Below, in pieces: positions 36,398 to 45,168 of a stretch of DNA of 64,000 nt. Position numbers and translations under genes: made by a program. A model generated the notes under the pieces. That model was not told the DNA's origin. It saw only the letters and a program-made list of their open reading frames with translations, and ran no database searches. Source of the DNA: a virus. Taxonomy: Duplodnaviria; Caudoviricetes. Position 1 is the first letter of the stretch. Every line of letters begins with the position of its first letter. The stretch lies in IMG/VR virus record IMGVR_UViG_3300009095_000015, positions 10,260 to 74,259 of that record. One strand, 5' to 3'.

Positions 36398-37734
36398 ACG
36401 GTAACTCTCAGATAACGCAGGTACGGCCCCATTTTCCGCTTGGAATCGTATTCAGTTAGTACGGCTTTCACGGCGGTTTCGTAAGCAGAATGGGAATAGC
36501 GGCCATCGTACATTTTATACAAATAGTCGCAAGCCTTCAGGGCATCATCCATATCGATGGCATCCCGCGTAACCTGTCCGATCAGACGGCGCAGGCGCTC
36601 TTCAAATTCCTTGAAAACAGAACGTGCGGGCGCTTTCTTCCAAGCAGCCAAGAGAATACGATTGTTAGTCGTAATGTTGCGCATATCAACGGCAAACAGA
36701 TCAAACGGTTTGTTGTACGCGTCGCGCCGATCCTTGTACTCCGGGATTTTTACACCCGTCGCAGGCGGCAGGTAAACACTTTCAATAACGTCGCCAGTGA
36801 GGCTACCGTTAACGCTGACAATCGCCGGCTTTCGCACGGGCACAGTATCTGCGGTATCGCTCATTTTGTTCAGCTTGATTCCCTGCATGTCATTGGTTTT
36901 CACCAACGCTACACTGATATGGTACTGCGGGAAATCATCGGCAAGTTTGTCACAAGCCTTATTGAATAGCTCGGAGGAAATAACACCCCTCGGCTTAAAC
37001 CAGCCGACCATGTGCGAGGCGCCGTGTGTGCGGACGTTTGCAGTGTTACCGACGTATCCGACAATTGCGTAGAAGGTGCCTGTAGTTTTCTGTTTGTAAT
37101 GGTCGTCATGCACGACGGTAGTCAGGTTATAGCCCTGCTTGTTGATCCTGTTCATTTCCGAAAGGAAACGCGGACCGTGCGAAGCGTGAATGTCAAAATG
37201 CCCATCCTCGTCGCCCGCCATAACTTTTTCATAACCAAGCGCGTAGTTGCGTAGGTGAATCATTTCGTGGATAAGAGCATCGGTGAAGAATTTCCGATCC
37301 ACCATAACGGCTTCGTTGATCCGCATGGTGTAGACGTACTTGCCTCGCACCATCCTCGCCTCAGCCAAACCATAAGTGTTGGCTTTGTTCGTCTTCACGT
37401 ACTTAACAACAGGGCACTTGTTCTTGAAAAGCAGCTTGTTGTAATAGTCGTAAAGCTTCGATACGTTTTCGAACTTGGGTTCGAACATCAAGTAGGGCGG
37501 ATTGTCAGGATCGACCTCAACGTCAAGGATTTCCTCACTGTCAGCGAGAAGCGCTTTGGCCTCTTTCTTAGTGAGTGTAAATTTCAAGGTCGGTTCTGAT
37601 TCATGGTAGACGAAGTATTTATCGCCAACCAAGTGCGCGACGTATTCGTCACCCATGACAAATACAAGATAAAAATCATCGTGAGCTTCATCAAACTGAA
37701 GTTGTTTCTCGCCCACGTAGCGAAAAGTTGCCAT
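36394..37734 (-). CDS. SprT-like zinc metalloprotease with N-terminal SH3-like domain
   Basis: LYDYYNKLLF, ALIHEMIHL and HGPRF...MNRIN. Confidence 0.85.
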   Translation of the reverse strand: MATFRYVGEKQLQFDEAHDDFYLVFVMGDEYVAHLVGDKYFVYHESEPTLKFTLTKKEAKALLADSEEILDVEVDPDNPPYLMFEPKFENVSKLYDYYNKLLFKNKCPVVKYVKTNKANTYGLAEARMVRGKYVYTMRINEAVMVDRKFFTDALIHEMIHLRNYALGYEKVMAGDEDGHFDIHASHGPRFLSEMNRINKQGYNLTTVVHDDHYKQKTTGTFYAIVGYVGNTANVRTHGASHMVGWFKPRGVISSELFNKACDKLADDFPQYHISVALVKTNDMQGIKLNKMSDTADTVPVRKPAIVSVNGSLTGDVIESVYLPPATGVKIPEYKDRRDAYNKPFDLFAVDMRNITTNNRILLAAWKKAPARSVFKEFEERLRRLIGQVTRDAIDMDDALKACDYLYKMYDGRYSHSAYETAVKAVLTEYDSKRKMGPYLRYLRVTV

Positions 37735-38208
37735 TTAATCTCTCCAGATATAGCTTATCGAGATTGCATTCTGCACTTGGGCATCAAGCTCGCACGTGCT
37801 GTCTATGTATGACGGCAAACCAGCCGCCAAAGGATCGGTGATATACAAACAGTAAGAAGGGGCGAACAAAAGAGGCTCATTAACGCTGCGTACTTTTACG
37901 TAGTCAACAACAGAAGGCAGTAAGAATGAATCAGCATCCCGCCACTCGTGATCGTGACACAGCAACATAAATTGCGGCATCGGCTCGCCGTTGCGCTCGC
38001 GCATTTTATGCAGCATAACATCCTGATTTATAAGGATGCGTAGCTGGGCCAGTGCACTCAACTCCGCACTTTCCCGGACGGGGCGTAGGAGAACGCCAGT
38101 CGGATGAAAAGTTTCTCCGTAGCTAGGCGCGACTTTGAATTCTGTACTTCTGTTATACCTGTGTGGCTCTGTACCCTCTAACTCACCCAGCTGATTTATC
38201 TTGAACAT
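37735..38208 (-). CDS. hypothetical protein (157 aa)
   Basis: In-operon ORF overlapping the fibre gene. Confidence 0.6.
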   Translation of the reverse strand: MFKINQLGELEGTEPHRYNRSTEFKVAPSYGETFHPTGVLLRPVRESAELSALAQLRILINQDVMLHKMRERNGEPMPQFMLLCHDHEWRDADSFLLPSVVDYVKVRSVNEPLLFAPSYCLYITDPLAAGLPSYIDSTCELDAQVQNAISISYIWRD

Positions 38209-39046
38209 TCTCTTGCTCCAGTTTACTTAGTCGGGCACTAAGCTGTGCAATCGTTTCAGCTAGCTGCTGGTTAGAGGCTTGCAGTGCTTTGATTTCCTGT
38301 CGGGCCGTTTTGATTTTGGCTGCTAGACCTTTGGTCTTTCCGCACAAATCTTTCACGTTTTCAATAAGTAGGCCAACCAAGCTGCCGTAAAACACGGCCA
38401 ACTTACCATCGCTGGATTTGGTCACAGCTTCAGGGATTGCTGCTTGCACTTCCTGAGCTTTTAAACCAACATAACGGCGGCCGCTCGTGTCGATGTTCTT
38501 CGTGAAAGTCCAGCCATTGATCTTGTTTGTAATAGCTAGGCTATTGCGGATGCGTTTGAAACCGGCCTTCAGCGTAACGTCAGACGATAGAGCTGTTTCA
38601 AGTTTCGCAACTATCTGACCGCGACGCACGTCAAATTCGAGGGTATTTTCTACGCCGTTGTTAAAGATCAAACATCCTGTAGCCGCTTCTTCTGGCGTCA
38701 TTTCGCCTTCGAACTGGGCTTCGTCCGTCATGATGTAGCGCACGACGTTTTCGAAGCGTTCTAGTCTAGCGACACCAAAATCGACGCCTGCGCTAGAGCC
38801 GCCGCCACCCTCTTTCGTCCACCCTGTATTGCTGATGGGCTTGCCGACAGGCAACGTCCAATCTTCAAAACCGGAAGCGCTGATAACTCGGACGACCATT
38901 CCGGTACGGCGGGCCTGCAATGGAATAGCGTTGCGCTCTTCGATACTTGTTACGATTCGGAAACCGCCCCGCAAATCAGTATCTTCGAGTAGGTAGTAGT
39001 CCCCTGTACGCTTTAGGCGTTGCCCCAAATCGTATGCCATTTTCAA
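38183..39046 (-). CDS. short fibre protein with C-terminal intramolecular chaperone (peptidase S74) domain
   Basis: SD..LK, GLKAQEVQ..IPEAV, V.YG.LVGLLIE.VK.L plus a coiled coil. Confidence 0.85.
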   Translation of the reverse strand: MKMAYDLGQRLKRTGDYYLLEDTDLRGGFRIVTSIEERNAIPLQARRTGMVVRVISASGFEDWTLPVGKPISNTGWTKEGGGGSSAGVDFGVARLERFENVVRYIMTDEAQFEGEMTPEEAATGCLIFNNGVENTLEFDVRRGQIVAKLETALSSDVTLKAGFKRIRNSLAITNKINGWTFTKNIDTSGRRYVGLKAQEVQAAIPEAVTKSSDGKLAVFYGSLVGLLIENVKDLCGKTKGLAAKIKTARQEIKALQASNQQLAETIAQLSARLSKLEQENVQDKSAG

Positions 39047-39351
39047 TCACCTACAAAAATAACAGTGAGCCTGCCGGAGCGTGGCTCACTGAAATGAATA
39101 GTCAGGGTTTCATTCGTTTCGCGAATTTCACCCGGAATTATGACGTAGCCGTCAGTGCCGACAACAGTCACCGTGAAGTGGGCGGACTTCTTTTCGACTA
39201 TAAGAATGTCCTTCTGCGTAAACGTGGCGCTGTACGCTTTAATGCGACCGTCAAGCTCTTCTAGACGAACTGCATGCTTCGGCTCGGAAGGCGCATTTTC
39301 AATCGTAGCGCCTTTTCCTGTGATAACAGGTTGGAAGAGTTTCATGGACAT
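39043..39351 (-). CDS. small virion/fibre-associated protein (102 aa)
   Basis: AP.EPKHAVRL.EL and V.V...G..I...I.....TLTIHF..P.SG beta-rich pattern. Confidence 0.6.
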   Translation of the reverse strand: MSMKLFQPVITGKGATIENAPSEPKHAVRLEELDGRIKAYSATFTQKDILIVEKKSAHFTVTVVGTDGYVIIPGEIRETNETLTIHFSEPRSGRLTVIFVGD

Positions 39352-39362
39352 AGAAAAACCTG

Positions 39363-39539
39363 TCAGGTCAAGTACGTAGAAGGATGCTCGCTAAGGTAGC
39401 GTCCCGGTTTGTGTACCTGCTTTTGGGGCAGCGGGGTCACATTAGGTTTGATGTGCTGAATACCGCGCGCATCACCACGTTTAAGCCCGACAAAGCTTTG
39501 TGCAGAAATAAAAGAACGTACGTAGTAAGGGCTAGCCAT
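39363..39539 (-). CDS. unlisted small ORF (58 aa, MASPYYVRSF...STYLT)
   Basis: Read by hand: ATG at 39539 with SD GGAGGT, overlaps the upstream stop, TGA at 39363; fills the gap. Confidence 0.6.
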   Translation of the reverse strand: MASPYYVRSFISAQSFVGLKRGDARGIQHIKPNVTPLPQKQVHKPGRYLSEHPSTYLT

Positions 39540-39885
39540 TTACAGGCACCTCCGCACTTTCCTGTTCTTCGGACCAAGCATTGATAGCCGCAACTACGTC
39601 GGTCGGCTGTGGGACAACGTAAGAAGACACTTCGAAGAAATCAGATTCGCCAACAAGTACAGGAATACCGACAGCGCCCGTAAACACGAAAACTGACTGA
39701 CCTACAAATAAAGCGTCAGTCAGTTCATCTGTAACTACAGGGACAAGCTCGCCAGCGCGGCGGTAAAGGCGCACCTTGTAGTATTTAACTGGTGTTTTTA
39801 CGGTACGTGCATCCTCGCTTTGGCCGTTGAACCAGCTTACAAGGGGAGGCAGCGTGTGTGAAGAAAGATTTTCTACTGTAATCAT
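39532..39885 (-). CDS. hypothetical protein (117 aa)
   Basis: In-operon ORF with overlapping start/stop. Confidence 0.6.
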   Translation of the reverse strand: MITVENLSSHTLPPLVSWFNGQSEDARTVKTPVKYYKVRLYRRAGELVPVVTDELTDALFVGQSVFVFTGAVGIPVLVGESDFFEVSSYVVPQPTDVVAAINAWSEEQESAEVPVNG

Positions 39886-40157
39886 GGGCTCACCACATTA
39901 ATGCTTTCGGCACTAACAAAAGAACCTACAAATTCAGGCTTCACAATCCAAGACGTGTTGGCGATAGAGCCGTTCAACATGTATTCTGTAGAATTCTCTT
40001 GGACCAAAACGCGCATGCCTTGCTTACGCGCTTGCAAGGGTATGGAGTTGCGTTCAGCAACGGTAGCAACGATGCGAAAACCGCCACGCAAGTCAGTATC
40101 CTGCAAAAGATACGGGGCGCCGGCGTTGACTATCGATTGGGCTAAATTGATCGCCAT
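39882..40157 (-). CDS. small fibre-related protein (91 aa)
   Basis: YLLQDTDLRGGFRIV...ERN.IPLQAR..GM.V.V nearly identical to the N-terminus of 38183..39046. Confidence 0.75.
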   Translation of the reverse strand: MAINLAQSIVNAGAPYLLQDTDLRGGFRIVATVAERNSIPLQARKQGMRVLVQENSTEYMLNGSIANTSWIVKPEFVGSFVSAESINVVSP

Positions 40158-40164
40158 AAAGACC

Positions 40165-40944
40165 TCAGTTCAAATCGGTTCGCATTGACTTGACAGTGTG
40201 CGTACCAGTGATTTTCTCATCACGGTTGCGCCCGACTTTAAGTGTATCATTGCCTTTAATCTCTACGGTACGGTTGCCGTCGATCTTAACGGTTTGATCA
40301 CCCTTGATATGCAGGAACTGACTGCCTTTGGAGCCTTTACCTTTGAACGGCACATTTCCAGCAGAGGATGCTTTTAGCTTATCCACTTGTAGCTTGGATG
40401 CGTTCTTGAAATACGCAGGGATATCGCCTTTTGATCCACTGACCATCATGGTATGGTTGCCGATAACAGTCTGTGTGCAATCACCAATAACGCATAGGTG
40501 CATGTCGCCCGGATTCACCAGCAAGCACTCGTTTTCGATAGTGTCGACGACGATGGAGAAGCCGTTAGAGAAGCGCAGGATTTTCCGATCAGGATAATTC
40601 TTTTCGGATTCTGGCAGGACAGTTTGCTCATCGGTCGGATGAGGCACCAGCATAGGTTTGTGAGGATCACCCGAGGGGAATTTCAACCCAACCTTGGCCC
40701 CTTTTTCAGGGATATTTACGATGCCGCTGCGATTATCTCCAGCCGCCGTGTAATTCTGGTCGGTCGGAATAGCCCACGGTAAATGTTCGTCTTTGATGCC
40801 ATCTTGAATGCCTTCAATTCTGGCACGTACGCGTCGAAGCTTCCGAGGGTCGTTGTTATCAACGACGACAGCAGAATAAGTAACGCGTGGGTCCAAGCCT
40901 TGCCGCTTGAATGTCTTCAGCGGATTTAAAGGTGAGCCTGCCAT
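40165..40944 (-). CDS. baseplate central spike (T4 gp5/VgrG-like OB fold plus beta-helix, no lysozyme)
   Basis: VVDNNDP.KL.RVRARI.G, LPWA, P.KG.KV...F.SGDP..P; C-terminal V.I.GN.T..V..N repeats. Confidence 0.9.
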   Translation of the reverse strand: MAGSPLNPLKTFKRQGLDPRVTYSAVVVDNNDPRKLRRVRARIEGIQDGIKDEHLPWAIPTDQNYTAAGDNRSGIVNIPEKGAKVGLKFPSGDPHKPMLVPHPTDEQTVLPESEKNYPDRKILRFSNGFSIVVDTIENECLLVNPGDMHLCVIGDCTQTVIGNHTMMVSGSKGDIPAYFKNASKLQVDKLKASSAGNVPFKGKGSKGSQFLHIKGDQTVKIDGNRTVEIKGNDTLKVGRNRDEKITGTHTVKSMRTDLN

Positions 40945-40951
40945 CGTATCC

Positions 40952-41248
40952 TCACGGAGCTACGTTTTCGACTGCGCACCAAATCATGCGAGCTTTAGTC
41001 AGCGCATGAAGGTGGAGCATATTGAAGTAGTAAATATCTGCTGTACCGGGGGCGCTTGGTTCGTGGTTACGGTACGTCAAAGCGGAGACTTCAGCTGAAA
41101 CAAATTCAACATAGCGGCTACGTTGCTCGTGATTCAATGCCTGCTCGCAAGCATAAATAACATCCAGTGAAAGCTCGTTTCTGTGGATGCCACACACCTG
41201 CGCCAAATAAGCCAAGCGTTGATCGTTATCCATGTGAAACCAGTGCAT
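40952..41248 (-). CDS. hypothetical protein (98 aa)
   Basis: SD GGAGG upstream; follows a terminator. Confidence 0.55.
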   Translation of the reverse strand: MHWFHMDNDQRLAYLAQVCGIHRNELSLDVIYACEQALNHEQRSRYVEFVSAEVSALTYRNHEPSAPGTADIYYFNMLHLHALTKARMIWCAVENVAP

Positions 41249-41266
41249 TTAAAGCCTCCGGGTAAT

Positions 41267-41303
41267 AAAAAACCGCGCAAAGGGGTTAACCAAAGCGCGG
41301 TTT
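41267..41303 (-). terminator. rho-independent terminator
   Basis: AAACCGCGC...GCGCGGTTTTTT. Confidence 0.8.
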
Positions 41304-41435
41304 GAAGGGAGCGAAATTCGCAATTGTTTAGTATTCGCGCTTTTATGGCCTGCTGTTTCATCGTGACGATTACAGCATGCTCACAAGGAAGTACGATTAT
41401 TGAGTGCTTTTGCGTCGTTCGTCCTTGTTTATAAA

Positions 41436-43328
41436 TTAGCGATATGGTGTTACGGTGCGGCGAGTAAGGTGAGTATCGCCACGCTCAGTTCTCTCCCGTA
41501 ACATTCGAACAATCTTTCTGTTGGCGCGTTCGTTTGCCAACTTTTGATTGTGCAAATACTTCGGTTTTCCGTCGTGCGTAACACCACCTACTTCAGACAG
41601 CTCTCCAAACTCACGGCTCGCCAAACCAACCATCCTGCCAGAACCGTGAGCAAGAACGTCAGATGAAGTTGAATGTAGATTTTCCGCGTAATGCTGTACC
41701 GCAAGCTCCCGCGATTCCTGCTCGAAGGCGCGTCGCTTGGATGAAGCAAAACCGCCGGCACTGCCACCACCGGAATCATCGATACCGTATTTCTTTTTAA
41801 CCTCTGCCAAATCCTTTTGGTACTTTGCCATACGCTCCATCAGGTGCAAATCACTTTCCTGATCTGCAAGCAAGCGGTCAAGGTTAAAGCCACCTGCGGC
41901 CGCCATAGCACGAATCGGAACTGGAACACCTTTTTCCGTGAGCGCTTGCAGCATATCCATATACTGCTGATCGCCTTCAGGCTTCAGGGTTTTTTCCCAG
42001 TGCACGGAAGGAATAAGCAAGCGCGTACCGTCCTGCAAACGGCTCATCGTGCCGAGAGGGTCCAAGTTTTCCAACTGGTTGCCTTTGATAACAAGCTTGC
42101 CGCGATTATTCAAACAATAGCCCTTCAGGGCGCTAATCATCGGGAAAATCTTGTTGTAAAGGGTTTTCCGCGTTAGGAAATCACGCTGCGCTCGAATGGA
42201 ATCGATGAAGAACGAAGTCGACGTATCACCGTTGCTATACGAAGCGTCTCCCGAAAGCATGGCGTCGGAAATACCAAGTGCCTTCATTTTGTAACTATCA
42301 ATCGACTCTTTCGAATCGAATACAGTCCACCCGCCAGTGGGATCGCGAATTTCTTCGGTGCTGATACCGGAGCGAGTAGCAACAATAGAACCAATCGGGT
42401 CTGCGTCGGCGTTCTGGAAAAGGTCGCTGATAGTTTGCATATCAGCCATCGTCGGTTCCCATTCACCGCCGCCATCCAGCGTAATATGCAGAATACCCTT
42501 CTGACGGCGCGCCGAATTAACCAGCGTACCACGGAAAAGGTTTTTCTCCATCAAATACCACGGCAGAATGCGACGGTAATACGATACTGCGGTACTGGTA
42601 GAGCCTGCGCGGCGAGGAACGTAAACCGTAGACTTCGGGTCCAGCTCCAGAGCTTCGTTTGCGATCTGCTTTACAACTTCTTCGCCAAGGAATTCACGCA
42701 ACTGTTTAACGCGCGGACTATCCGACGCGAATGTACTACGCAAATGCTCAGGCAGTGCAACGGTAATCAGAGGATCGACGCCGAAGAACGGTAGCTGATC
42801 GATCTTGGAGTTTTCAAACCCGTGCGGCATGATAGAAGCGAAAACTTCACGGCCGCCGTTATACAGAAGGCTGCCGATAAAACCACCCAACACGTCGTAG
42901 TCAACCAGAATATCCGGCATAAGCGTGCGGATATTCAGGCGCTCGATATTTTCTTGAAAATCGTCAGCAACCTTGGTATCCAGAATGCCGCCCAAGGTAA
43001 ATTCAGAAAACATCAGGTTGGATTTGATATCGACAATCGAACCAGCGATGCTGTCGTTATAGTAGATATCTCGATACAGACGCATAACCAGTTTTTTCTG
43101 CTCAAGGTCTTCCGAGAAGACGATATCTTTGAGCAACGGGTCCACGTCGATTTCAATCGGCATTTGCGAAACGCTGGTATTACGAGAAGCGTTTGCCGTG
43201 GCTACGTACCTTCCGTCAGTGGCTCGGGTTCCTTCCAAGTCGCGGCTCTTCACGGAGCCTGCCAACGGACCTGTTTCAGGCTGGAAGTTTGACGTAACGT
43301 CTCTGAAAGAGTGTTTTCTCAGTCGCAT
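41436..43328 (-). CDS. portal protein
   Basis: 630 aa near TerL; LYRDIYY.D.IAGSIVD, DYDVLG.FIG and ALGISDAML.G..SYS match the portal helical layout. Confidence 0.8.
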   Translation of the reverse strand: MRLRKHSFRDVTSNFQPETGPLAGSVKSRDLEGTRATDGRYVATANASRNTSVSQMPIEIDVDPLLKDIVFSEDLEQKKLVMRLYRDIYYNDSIAGSIVDIKSNLMFSEFTLGGILDTKVADDFQENIERLNIRTLMPDILVDYDVLGGFIGSLLYNGGREVFASIMPHGFENSKIDQLPFFGVDPLITVALPEHLRSTFASDSPRVKQLREFLGEEVVKQIANEALELDPKSTVYVPRRAGSTSTAVSYYRRILPWYLMEKNLFRGTLVNSARRQKGILHITLDGGGEWEPTMADMQTISDLFQNADADPIGSIVATRSGISTEEIRDPTGGWTVFDSKESIDSYKMKALGISDAMLSGDASYSNGDTSTSFFIDSIRAQRDFLTRKTLYNKIFPMISALKGYCLNNRGKLVIKGNQLENLDPLGTMSRLQDGTRLLIPSVHWEKTLKPEGDQQYMDMLQALTEKGVPVPIRAMAAAGGFNLDRLLADQESDLHLMERMAKYQKDLAEVKKKYGIDDSGGGSAGGFASSKRRAFEQESRELAVQHYAENLHSTSSDVLAHGSGRMVGLASREFGELSEVGGVTHDGKPKYLHNQKLANERANRKIVRMLRERTERGDTHLTRRTVTPYR

Positions 43329-43924
43329 ACTTTCCCCACTTTCATGACATAAATAACGTCAAGGTTTGACTGTTTACGATCACTATGAAAAAGATCGTCA
43401 ACCCGTGCGCTCCCTAACGGCGAAATTTCTGTAACTGTTTCGACAAGTGCAGCATTTTGGTTACGTTGCCCACTTTCTGTTCTACAGTCACACTCAAGCT
43501 TTGCTTTAAACACTACAAAATCTTTGTCGTGGCGAATACTTTCAACGAACTTCCGCCACATGGCTTGGCCTTCCAGAGAGAGCGCCACGTCAGTACGTAA
43601 GCAATCATATTGCTCTAGAAAGTATTCACGCATTACACCACGTGCCAGCCCGGCATAGTCAGCATGCTGCCTCACTTCACGCTGAACAACACGCATTCCG
43701 AAGTTCGGAGTTCTCACAGATACAAAATAGCAGCTGTAAATGAATTCTTTCAGGTCATTTCGCAACAGAAGCAACTGGTCAAAGGTAGGCGTCGCTTCGA
43801 AATCAACACATAGAAAAGCATCGTAACCTAGAAGCCTAAATTGCAATCCCGACTCGACCAAACGCGCATAGCGCGCTGCGTCAGAACATATAGGAGTTAC
43901 TTCTGCTGGAAAAGACCACGGCAT
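43319..43924 (-). CDS. GNAT-like protein
   Basis: Y.GLARGVM.EY and TD..LS.EGQAMW.KF, similar to 33037..33606. Confidence 0.5.
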   Translation of the reverse strand: MPWSFPAEVTPICSDAARYARLVESGLQFRLLGYDAFLCVDFEATPTFDQLLLLRNDLKEFIYSCYFVSVRTPNFGMRVVQREVRQHADYAGLARGVMREYFLEQYDCLRTDVALSLEGQAMWRKFVESIRHDKDFVVFKAKLECDCRTESGQRNQNAALVETVTEISPLGSARVDDLFHSDRKQSNLDVIYVMKVGKVCD

Positions 43925-43925
43925 A

Positions 43926-44300
43926 TCAAAACTCTTTTTTAGGCTTGTAAACCATCAGGATGGAGGACCACTCACGCCATGCAGCGATGCACTCTTCCAG
44001 CGATGCCGTCGGATCGGCCGCGTAATGGAAACCGCATGAGTAGAAAGCTTTCACAGATGCGATACTGGAACACTGCGCCCCAATATCTTCGCGGAATTTT
44101 TTCATGGCGGCACGGATAAGGCGCTTACCTTCCCCTTTACCACGCTTGTCTTCAGCGACGATAAACTCCGTAACGGAATGCGTCACCGGAGAATGCGGCG
44201 GGGAGATAGCCACGTTAATGTGTCCGGCATCGCTATACAGAGTAATGCCCCTGATCCCGTTACCAGAATCAAACTTAGCGTCTTGAATTACGTTACCCAT
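43926..44300 (-). CDS. GNAT-family acetyltransferase (start revised to ATG 44300, 124 aa)
   Basis: FIVAEDKRGKGEGKRLI (motif A) and FY..CGF; ATG overlaps the upstream TAA. Confidence 0.8.
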   Translation of the reverse strand: MGNVIQDAKFDSGNGIRGITLYSDAGHINVAISPPHSPVTHSVTEFIVAEDKRGKGEGKRLIRAAMKKFREDIGAQCSSIASVKAFYSCGFHYAADPTASLEECIAAWREWSSILMVYKPKKEF

Positions 44301-44829
44301 GAATTTGCCACTCTTCTTTGATTCCACGAATGCGGTGCATAAAGAACGAACCACGCGACTCGGCTGCAACCATCGCATCGAATTCGCGCTTGGTCACGCC
44401 GCCGTAGGCCCACTTAGCTCCGTTGTGGAAAGTGATATAGAGAACCTTTTCCTTTTTGTCCCAATAAGCTTCGCGCAGATTGGAACTGTTCAGGTCGTCA
44501 ATGTATACCGCGTTTTTCATATCGGTTCTGTGTGCACGTCGGTCGATGCCACCCATAGTACCGGCTTCAACGCGAATCTTTTTAACTACGCCCTTCCACC
44601 CCTTAGCCTGAATCATCAAACGGCTCATATCCACCTCATTCAAAGTGAATACGATTTCCGGGCTGGATTTATGGACAACTTTATATGCGTTTTTGTACTT
44701 GCGCACGCCGAACACGTTGCCCTTCACAACCTCAAGGATGAACTCCGGGTTGTGGCGATCCTTGTCGAAAACAAGATCAAGATTGTTTTCGGATTTGTAC
44801 CAACGGTATTTGTCTAGAGTAACAGCCAT
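44293..44829 (-). CDS. KTSC-domain protein with N-terminal SH3-like domain
   Basis: NSSNL....WD.....LYITF.NG..W.Y.GV....F..M..AES.GSFF...IR. Confidence 0.9.
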   Translation of the reverse strand: MAVTLDKYRWYKSENNLDLVFDKDRHNPEFILEVVKGNVFGVRKYKNAYKVVHKSSPEIVFTLNEVDMSRLMIQAKGWKGVVKKIRVEAGTMGGIDRRAHRTDMKNAVYIDDLNSSNLREAYWDKKEKVLYITFHNGAKWAYGGVTKREFDAMVAAESRGSFFMHRIRGIKEEWQIHG

Positions 44830-44838
44830 GTGAAGTCC

Positions 44839-45168
44839 TCACATACTTTGATGTTCGCACCCCTTAGAAAGATGCACGCCGCAACTTACGCAAAACCGTG
44901 TCACTTCCCGCACCTCATAAACCAAGTATATATCAAGGGCAGCGCAGCTTTCATTGAATCGAAGTTTGCCGCCCGGATATTCCCGGTAGTCGTGCCCTTT
45001 GTCAAGAATCACGATATTGTAACCGTGGGCTAAAATGCGTGGCCGATCCTTGAGATTGGTCTTGCCCCGCACCCCTACGAATTTAATGGTCCTTCGGGGT
45101 TTTCCTGCCCAACCGTAATTAACAACATCGTAGTCAACCAACAAATGACCGATACCGGGAATGTCCAT
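44839..45168 (-). CDS. hypothetical protein (109 aa)
   Basis: TAATG overlap with the TerL stop. Confidence 0.55.
   Translation of the reverse strand: MDIPGIGHLLVDYDVVNYGWAGKPRRTIKFVGVRGKTNLKDRPRILAHGYNIVILDKGHDYREYPGGKLRFNESCAALDIYLVYEVREVTRFCVSCGVHLSKGCEHQSM

Noticed and set aside
41134-41361. 75-aa ORF after portal
   Set aside because: Reads through a strong terminator into the next gene; no SD
11374-41438. TATAAATT on the plus strand as T4-type late promoters
   Set aside because: They face away from all genes; kept only as a minus-strand motif candidate
44301-44378. Long overlaps from upstream starts in the ORF track (also 61464..61496)
   Set aside because: Better starts with SD or stop-start coupling exist at 44300 and 61463
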